The position numbers were made by a program, and so were the translations under genes. Below are positions 7,355-12,320 of a stretch of DNA of 12,320 bases, piece by piece. Position 1 is the stretch's first letter. Every line of letters starts with the position of its first letter. Origin of the DNA: a virus (lineage: Duplodnaviria > Heunggongvirae > Uroviricota > Caudoviricetes); IMG/VR virus record IMGVR_UViG_2851955134_000006, positions 1 to 12,320 of that record; one strand, given 5' to 3'. The notes below the pieces were generated by a model that made no database searches, was not told the DNA's origin, and worked only from the letters and a program-made list of their open reading frames with translations.

Positions 7355-7403
7355 TTGCACAAAATGCAATCATGATTATAATCAGAGCTGGATGAACATC
7401 CAG
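7355..7403 (+). promoter_or_regulatory. Putative sigma70 promoter of the head operon with overlapping dyad symmetries
   Basis: TTGCAC at 7355-7360, a 16-nt spacer, then a consensus TATAAT at 7377-7382. The -10 is embedded in the perfect 12-bp palindrome tgattataatca (7373-7384), and an inverted repeat ctggatg-aa-catccag (7388-7403) sits at the predicted transcription start. Confidence 0.5.
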
Positions 7404-7438
7404 TTATGATTTTTTAAGTCAAAGAGGAATTTCTGACT

Positions 7439-7645
7439 ATGGCAGAAGAGAAAAAAGGCGGGGTGACGGTCTACATAAGCCCCGACATCGTGGAGGCGCT
7501 CAAGGAACGCCACCAGCAGAATGTAAAAGCAGGCATTGCGGCAGGACTTGATCCGCTGGCGATGGTTGAGCCGTCAACAGGCTGGCAGGTGCGCACCTAT
7601 TTACGTGCGGCGCTGGGTATCAATCAGGTTCACGGAGGTGAATAA
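7439..7645 (+). CDS. Hypothetical protein (68 aa), first gene of the head module
   Basis: SD aagaggaa upstream; its stop overlaps the capsid gene start (TAATG). Confidence 0.5.
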   Translation: MAEEKKGGVTVYISPDIVEALKERHQQNVKAGIAAGLDPLAMVEPSTGWQVRTYLRAALGINQVHGGE

Positions 7646-8700
7646 TGACAGGCAAAGCAACGGCACTTACAACTAACCAGCTTTTCGCGTACCTGAATCG
7701 CGGGGATATTGCGGATTTTAAATTCAGCCCTCTGTTTACCACGCTGTTTTTCCCGAACGTGGCGACCTTCAACACCCAAAACATCATGCTGGACACCCTG
7801 GACATTGAAGAGGTTACGATGTCAGCGTTCTGTTCGCCTATGGTGGGTAGTCAGGTCCAGCGCGATAAAGGGTACGAAACCAGCACGATTAAACCCGGCT
7901 ACATGAAGCCAAAGCACGAAATCGATCCAACAAAGACCATCATGCGCATGGCTGGAGAAGATCCGGCACAGCTTAACGATCCAACTTACCGCCGTATGCG
8001 CCTGATTACTGGCAACATGCGCCGCCAGATAAACGCCATTAAGGCGCGCGTGGAATGGCTGGCGGTGAATGCGGTAACGACCGGAAAAAACATCATTGAG
8101 GGCGAAGGCATAGAACGCTATGAAATCGACTGGAAAATACCGGAAAACTGCATCATACAGCAGGCCAGTGGTAAAAAATGGTCCCAGCAGGATAAAGACA
8201 TGCACGACCCAATCTATGACATCGAGCTTTATGCTGATCAGGCAGGTTGCCCCGCCAACGTCATGATTATGGGCGGTGAGGTATGGCGCACATTACGCAG
8301 CTTTAAAAAATTCCGTGAACTGTACGATCTTTCCCGTGGGTCAGAATCCGCCGCCGAGCTGGCCTGTAAAAACCTGGGCGAAGTGGTGAGCTTTAAAGGC
8401 TATCTTGGTGATCTGGCCCTTATCGTCTATTCCGGCAAATACACTGACAGCGACGGCACCGAAAAATATTTCCTTGAGCCTGATTTGCTGGTCCTGGGTA
8501 ACACCAACAATAAAGGGCTGGTGGCCTATGGTGCGATTATGGATCAGGAAGCGGTAAGAACGGGCGCAACGCAAAACATGTACTACCCGAAAAACTGGAT
8601 TGAGGACGGCGATCCGGCGATTGAGTACGTGCAGACGCACAGCGCACCGCAGCCGGTACCGGCAGATATTCGCAAATTTGTTACCGTCAAAATTGCTTAA
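7645..8700 (+). CDS. Major capsid protein, lambda gpE family
   Basis: 351-aa ORF with SD ggaggtg upstream. Blocks of similarity to lambda gpE as recalled from memory: DFKFSPLF..LFF near the N-terminus, PGYMKPKHEIDP (lambda PGYVKPKHEVNP), DPTYRRMRLITGNMR (lambda DPAYRRRRIIMQNMR), and C-terminal YPKNWIEDGDPA...SAP...FVTVKIA (lambda YPKNWVTTGDPA...SAP...FVSVQLA). Confidence 0.9.
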   Translation: MTGKATALTTNQLFAYLNRGDIADFKFSPLFTTLFFPNVATFNTQNIMLDTLDIEEVTMSAFCSPMVGSQVQRDKGYETSTIKPGYMKPKHEIDPTKTIMRMAGEDPAQLNDPTYRRMRLITGNMRRQINAIKARVEWLAVNAVTTGKNIIEGEGIERYEIDWKIPENCIIQQASGKKWSQQDKDMHDPIYDIELYADQAGCPANVMIMGGEVWRTLRSFKKFRELYDLSRGSESAAELACKNLGEVVSFKGYLGDLALIVYSGKYTDSDGTEKYFLEPDLLVLGNTNNKGLVAYGAIMDQEAVRTGATQNMYYPKNWIEDGDPAIEYVQTHSAPQPVPADIRKFVTVKIA

Positions 8701-8711
8701 CGGGGGATTCT

Positions 8712-9047
8712 ATGGACGCTCCATACATTGAGTTATTTTCAGGCAGCCAGCAGGTATCCACGACGCTGGTACATTTTGCCGCTGATGCTGGCGTTATTCA
8801 GGAATTTACCCCTCTGATGCTGGCAGACAATGGCGAGTTTAAGGCGTGGGATGGTCAGGAATCTGGCAAAGCTGTTTATCTGACTTCGCACCCCGTGGAC
8901 ACGTCAAAGCAGAAATCAGCACAGTGTTACAAAACGGGGATATTCAATATTGCCGCCGTTAACTGGCCTGATAGCGTCGACACCGATGCGAAAAAATGCG
9001 CCGCCTTTGCGGGTTCCGGCGTATCCGTTCAGCCGCTGGCCCGATAA
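8712..9047 (+). CDS. Head decoration protein, lambda gpD family
   Basis: 111-aa ORF with SD cggggga upstream. Similarity to lambda gpD as recalled from memory: TPLMLADNGEFKAWDG (lambda TPLMLDTSSRKLVAWDG), YKTGIF (lambda YKSGTF), and C-terminal KKCAAFAGSGVSV (lambda KKRTAFAGTAISIV). Confidence 0.8.
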   Translation: MDAPYIELFSGSQQVSTTLVHFAADAGVIQEFTPLMLADNGEFKAWDGQESGKAVYLTSHPVDTSKQKSAQCYKTGIFNIAAVNWPDSVDTDAKKCAAFAGSGVSVQPLAR

Positions 9048-9059
9048 GCAGGGGGAACG

Positions 9060-9473
9060 ATGGCAACGAATGAAAGTATCATGACGCTACCGCTGGCGAG
9101 TAAATTTAAAGCCGAAGCGCGGGCAATGGCTGACAGAGGTTTATCAACCTACGAGGCCATACACCGACTAAACAAACTGGAAGAACAGGACAAGCCGCGC
9201 GCTGATGCGATTATGGCGCTTCATGAATCTGACGACTACCAGCCGCTGTTACGTGCAATGGCTAACGTGCCTTGTATCGATGTTGGTACGGCTAAAAGCA
9301 TCCTTAGCATGACCATAGAGCAGGAACGCCCGAAGGTTGCACCAGAGCTTACTTCAGCCTTTGAAAACTTTATGGACATGCACAGCCCGAAAGCCGTATC
9401 AGCTGGCATGGCATACGATGGCAGAACCCCGGGCGATGACGGCGACATCGATCGCATACTGAAAACCATCTGA
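9060..9473 (+). CDS. Hypothetical protein (137 aa), last gene of the head module
   Basis: SD agggggaa upstream; followed 7 nt later by a terminator. No recognisable family. Confidence 0.55.
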   Translation: MATNESIMTLPLASKFKAEARAMADRGLSTYEAIHRLNKLEEQDKPRADAIMALHESDDYQPLLRAMANVPCIDVGTAKSILSMTIEQERPKVAPELTSAFENFMDMHSPKAVSAGMAYDGRTPGDDGDIDRILKTI

Positions 9474-9479
9474 GACAAG

Positions 9480-9502
9480 GCCGGAGAAATCCGGCTTTTT
9501 TT
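9480..9502 (+). terminator. Rho-independent terminator ending the head operon
   Basis: Stem gccgga / tccggc, loop gaaa, then TTTTTTT. Nearly identical to the terminator at 7206-7227. Confidence 0.65.
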
Positions 9503-9507
9503 GCGGG

Positions 9508-9575
9508 TCCTTTCCGGCATGTGGACCCGTTACGGGGCGTCGACCTCGCGCGTTTTCGCTATTTATGACGTTTTT
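9508..9575 (+). other. Lambda-like cohesive-end site (cos-1: cosQ-like flank, cosN, start of cosB)
   Basis: CGTTACGGGGCGTCGACCTCGCGCGTTTTCGCTATTTATGACGTTTTTCCG closely matches the lambda cos region as recalled (…GGGCGGCGACCTCGCGGGTTTTCGCTATTTATGAAAATTTTCCGG…). The predicted 12-nt cohesive end GGGCGTCGACCT (9535-9546) differs from lambda GGGCGGCGACCT at one position. Located about 90 bp upstream of a Nu1-like gene on the same strand. Confidence 0.75.
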
Positions 9576-9635
9576 CCGTGAAGGTGACACCACCACCACT
9601 TGATTAACATTTAATCGCATGATTAAGGTAACATT

Positions 9636-10076
9636 ATGATTGATAAAGCTTGTTTTGTGAGTCAGCAGGAAATAGCAGAACATTTCAAGGTCAACAGAAC
9701 CACTATTCGCGCATGGACCAAACAGGGCATGCCATATCTTGATGCGGATCGCGGAAAGTCCGGCGGTTATCACATCGGACACACATTATTCTGGTGCATG
9801 GGTAAAAGCCATCTTGATGCTATTGAGTACCACGGAGAAACCAGCGCACTGGAAAAGATTATGGTTGCCAGGTTGATTGCGTCAGAGCGCGACGAGTATT
9901 TCAGTGAAGAAACAGAACAGCGATTTGATGAAGGTTTGCATATTTACGGCTATTCACCGGAAGATGTGAGCAAGGCACGAAATAAAATGGCTGGCTTTCT
10001 GGCTGGGTGGCGTCATGCCGTAAGCGTTCGCCGTGCCAGCATGGAACAATCAGTCGTTACAGAACAGCAAAGTTAA
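9636..10076 (+). CDS. Nu1-like terminase small subunit homolog (N-terminal winged HTH); candidate packaging-redirection (Rpp-like) protein
   Basis: 146-aa ORF. N-terminus FVSQQEIAEHFKVNRTTIRAWTKQGMPYLDADRGKSGG resembles lambda Nu1 (QLADIFGASIRTIQNWQEQGMPVLRGGGKG, recalled from memory). The C-terminal region is shorter and unrelated to the Nu1 gpA-binding region. No large terminase gene follows. Confidence 0.7.
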   Translation: MIDKACFVSQQEIAEHFKVNRTTIRAWTKQGMPYLDADRGKSGGYHIGHTLFWCMGKSHLDAIEYHGETSALEKIMVARLIASERDEYFSEETEQRFDEGLHIYGYSPEDVSKARNKMAGFLAGWRHAVSVRRASMEQSVVTEQQS

Positions 10077-10079
10077 AAA

Positions 10080-10260
10080 TCACTTTCTGTTACGCCATCA
10101 AATACGCAATACAACAACCACGTATTTTTTTAAAACTATTTGATTCAATTAGCATTTTTTTATTTTTAGCATCAAAAAAACACTATCAGGTTGTTGTATT
10201 GCTCTTTATTTTTACTTAGTTATCAAATGGATATGACAAACAATTAAACAACAACCTCCC
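10080..10260. repeat. AT-rich region with a 14-bp perfect inverted repeat and short direct repeats
   Basis: gcaatacaacaacc at 10106-10119 and its reverse complement ggttgttgtattgc at 10189-10202 (69 bp apart), a third partial copy aacaacaacc at 10247-10256, and direct repeats of ttagcat in a T-rich context between the arms. Confidence 0.45.
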
Positions 10261-10272
10261 TCTAAAAAAGCT

Positions 10273-10345
10273 CATAAATAGCGAAAAACCGCGAGGTCGA
10301 CGCCCCGTAACGGGCCATAATTCCAGGAAGGACCCGACGACACCA
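10273..10345 (-). other. Second lambda-like cos site (cos-2), inverted relative to cos-1
   Basis: The reverse complement of 10273-10345 reads ggtgtcgtcgggtccttcctggaattatggCCCGTTACGGGGCGTCGACCTCGCGgtttttcgctatttatga. A 25-bp core is identical to cos-1, with flanking similarity on both sides (gggtcctttccgg versus gggtccttcctgg; cgttttcgctatttatga versus gtttttcgctatttatga). Cohesive-end equivalent at 10294-10305. Confidence 0.7.
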
Positions 10346-10369
10346 GACTATCAGAGCGATGGGCGCACA

Positions 10370-10651
10370 ATGACAGAAGCCGAACTACTGGGATTAATCC
10401 GCCGCGTTACCGGAATCAGCCAGCAGCATGACGAACAGGCCACGCAGCCGGACAGCGTGACCGCCGAAAATTACGCGTGTGTTGTTGCTGAGGTGATGCG
10501 CCGTGATGGTATTGAGCTTAACGGCGTGGATATGCGCAACATACGAACCAGAGTCCTTGAGTTGCTGGCATACCGTCGCCGTTCTCAACAACGGAGGGAG
10601 AGCGCGAAAAATACTTACCAGTGGAAGAAGCCGGAACGACTGCGTACGTAA
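10370..10651 (+). CDS. Hypothetical protein (93 aa)
   Basis: ORF with a weak SD; followed about 70 bp later by a plus-strand hairpin with a T tract. Arg-rich C-terminus. No recognisable family. Confidence 0.4.
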   Translation: MTEAELLGLIRRVTGISQQHDEQATQPDSVTAENYACVVAEVMRRDGIELNGVDMRNIRTRVLELLAYRRRSQQRRESAKNTYQWKKPERLRT

Positions 10652-10721
10652 TACGTACGGACATCGAGATAAAGACGGTTTAACCATCCATTAAAAATCG
10701 ACGTGATTTTGTGCTTTCCGG

Positions 10722-10745
10722 ATGACGTGGCCAACGTCATTTTTT
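10722..10745 (+). terminator. Putative rho-independent terminator
   Basis: Stem atgacgt / acgtcat, loop ggcca, followed by ttttt. Confidence 0.5.
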
Positions 10746-10967
10746 AGCGAAAAATTCTGATTAAGGTCATTGGCTGAATGGTCATAATGACCACTCCTAC
10801 AGAACAGGTAAAGCCCACCAGCCTGATTAAAGGTTAACCGGAAAAAAAGCCAGGTATCAATCTCGATATGTGGATCCCCATATCGACAGCAACGCCCCCT
10901 TAAAATTACCCGCCTTTATATTTCTTGTGCCTATTTGTTCCACGTTGTTTCATACAGTGCACCGATC

Positions 10968-10991
10968 GGTGTAGTTAATGGTGTAGTTAAT
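10968..10991. repeat. Perfect tandem duplication of a 12-bp unit (ggtgtagttaat x2), preceded by the palindrome accgatcggt
   Basis: Read directly: 10968-10979 and 10980-10991 are identical; the palindrome is at 10961-10970. Confidence 0.6.
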
Positions 10992-11084
10992 TTGCGATTT
11001 TTGGCACTTTTTTTAGTGTAAGTTGTTTAATTAAATCAATACGTTATTGAAAATAAGTTATAGATATATCCCATTTATGACTCC

Positions 11085-12320
11085 TTATTTCTGCCAGGCA
11101 AGTTGATAAAGCATGAGTGCCAACGTTTTGACCCCTTCGGCAAGGTCGGTAATATTGGTGCGTTCCGCCGGGTTATGGCTGATCCCATTGATGCTGGGAA
11201 TGAAAATCATGCAGGTTGGTACGCGAGGCGCGAAAATTTGCGCGTCGTGCCCGGCACCACTGTGCATCACCCGGTAATTCAGTTTTTCGCTTTCACACAA
11301 TTCTGTCAGGGTGGCGACCAGGTCCTTATTCATCGGCACGGGTTCTTCGTCCATCCATAAATCGATATCAATACCAATGTCCATTTCATCGCAAATCGCC
11401 CGCATGTCGTTTTCTAACTGCTGAGTGAAATCGCGCAGCACGGCGGCGTCGGTATGACGACAATCAATGGTGAATGTGGTTTTACCCGGCACCACATTCA
11501 CCGTATTCGGGCGCGGCTCCACCTTACCAAAGGTCAGCACCAGCGGGTCGCCCATCTTTTTCGCTTTTTCGATCGACTGATGGCAAATGCGACTGAAAGC
11601 GTAAACTGTATCACGACGGTAACCCATCGGCGTGGTGCCTGCATGGTTTGATTCGCCGTTCAGCGTCACCGTATAGCGACGTTGCCCGACAATTGCATTC
11701 ACCACGCCAATTGATTGCCCATTACTTTCCAGCACACAGCCCTGTTCGATATGCAGTTCGACAAAGGCTTTAATATCCTGACGCGGAGTTAGCGGGGCGT
11801 CCGGCAGAGTAAATCCGCAAGCCTTCATCGCATCGACAAAACTATTTCCTTTGGCATCACAGATATTCCGCACGTCGTCAGGATTCGCCAGCCCAAAGAT
11901 ATTTTTACTGCCCCAGAAAACATACGGGAAGCGGCTGCCTTCTTCTTCCGCCATCGCCACCACTTCAACCGTACGTAACGGCGCGCCGTATTGCCTTTTC
12001 AACCAGTCAATTGCCAGCCACGCCGCCAGCGCGCCGAATTGCCCGTCGAGGTTACCGCCGTTAACCACGGTATCGATATGCGAACCGCTCAGAACCACTT
12101 CCTGTGGATATTCGGTGCCACTCAGGCGACCGTATAAATTCCCCACTTCATCGAAACGTGTTTCCAGCCCGCTTGCTGCCATTCTTTTTTTAAATTGCTG
12201 CTGGGTTTCCAGCCATTCCGGCGAATAAAGTAAACGGGTCATCCCACCCGTTGGGTCAGCGCCAAAAGAGGAAAGCCAGGGCAGCGTTTCTTCTATGGCT
12301 TGACGGAAATGTGTAATCAT
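11085..12320 (-). CDS. allC: Allantoate amidohydrolase (M20 peptidase / hydantoinase-carbamoylase family), host chromosomal gene
   Basis: Complete 411-aa ORF with ATG at 12320-12318. M20-type metal-binding motifs (SGSHIDTV, DGQFG, EEEGSRF, HNPAE). Full-length match to my recollection of enterobacterial AllC (MITHFRQAIEETLPWLSSFGADP...). Confidence 0.8.
   Translation of the reverse strand: MITHFRQAIEETLPWLSSFGADPTGGMTRLLYSPEWLETQQQFKKRMAASGLETRFDEVGNLYGRLSGTEYPQEVVLSGSHIDTVVNGGNLDGQFGALAAWLAIDWLKRQYGAPLRTVEVVAMAEEEGSRFPYVFWGSKNIFGLANPDDVRNICDAKGNSFVDAMKACGFTLPDAPLTPRQDIKAFVELHIEQGCVLESNGQSIGVVNAIVGQRRYTVTLNGESNHAGTTPMGYRRDTVYAFSRICHQSIEKAKKMGDPLVLTFGKVEPRPNTVNVVPGKTTFTIDCRHTDAAVLRDFTQQLENDMRAICDEMDIGIDIDLWMDEEPVPMNKDLVATLTELCESEKLNYRVMHSGAGHDAQIFAPRVPTCMIFIPSINGISHNPAERTNITDLAEGVKTLALMLYQLAWQK

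Larger units (their letters stand above)
1..10746 (+). mobile_element. Integrated phage satellite / phage-inducible chromosomal island-like element; left att site is outside the window, right boundary lies somewhere between ~10746 and ~11074
   Basis: Gene content and order: integrase, AlpA, replicase with iteron origin, SSB, lambda-like capsid and decoration genes, cos sites and small terminase, with no tail, lysis, portal or large terminase genes; compact, operon-like packing with overlapping start/stop codons; a host metabolic gene (allC) follows immediately on the right. Confidence 0.75.

Noticed and set aside
7275-7440. LexA (SOS) box in the head-operon control region
   Set aside because: No CTGT-N8-ACAG-type motif is present; the palindromes seen have different sequences.
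10007-10219. 70-aa ORF across the AT-rich region downstream of the Nu1-like gene
   Set aside because: Translation is dominated by Phe/Ile/Leu from T-rich DNA, with no RBS; the region is better explained by repeats and structure.
1-10746. Alternative reading of the whole element as a decayed lambdoid prophage rather than a satellite
   Set aside because: The P4-type integrase, AlpA, iteron replicase and SSB are not lambda-like; the head genes are rearranged relative to lambda (E before D, upstream of cos/Nu1) rather than simply truncated; promoters, RBSs and terminators are intact and compact. A satellite is the better fit, though gene content beyond the window could change this.
10700-11084. 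tRNA gene or att core at the right junction
   Set aside because: No cloverleaf-compatible sequence or tRNA 3'-end-like motif (GGTTCGAATCC-type) was found by eye, and the att repeat cannot be identified without the left junction, which is outside the window.
11103-12228. Plus-strand ORFs (65-125 aa) inside allC
   Set aside because: Antisense to a full-length conserved allC reading frame; shadow ORFs.

Overview
Almost the whole window is one compact integrated phage satellite (PICI / P4-like chromosomal island), roughly 11 kb, with a host allC gene at the right edge. Left to right: a P4-type tyrosine integrase starting at base 1, an AlpA-family regulator, a divergent minus-strand pair (ribbon-helix-helix protein plus a basic 63-aa ORF) with a 12-bp inverted-repeat operator, a translationally coupled operon of five small unknown proteins ending in a RepA-like replication ATPase, an iteron origin, two small ORFs, an SSB, a PerC-like regulator and terminators. 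A lambda-type head module follows: gpE-like major capsid protein, gpD-like decoration protein and two small unknown ORFs, but no portal, protease, scaffold, large terminase, tail or lysis genes. Next come a lambda-like cos site, a Nu1-like small terminase gene with no large terminase partner, an AT-rich repeat region and a second cos copy in inverted orientation. The element's att sites cannot be defined because the left junction is outside the window. No rRNA, tRNA or CRISPR array was seen. All homology calls rest on motif recognition by eye and recalled reference sequences, not on database searches.
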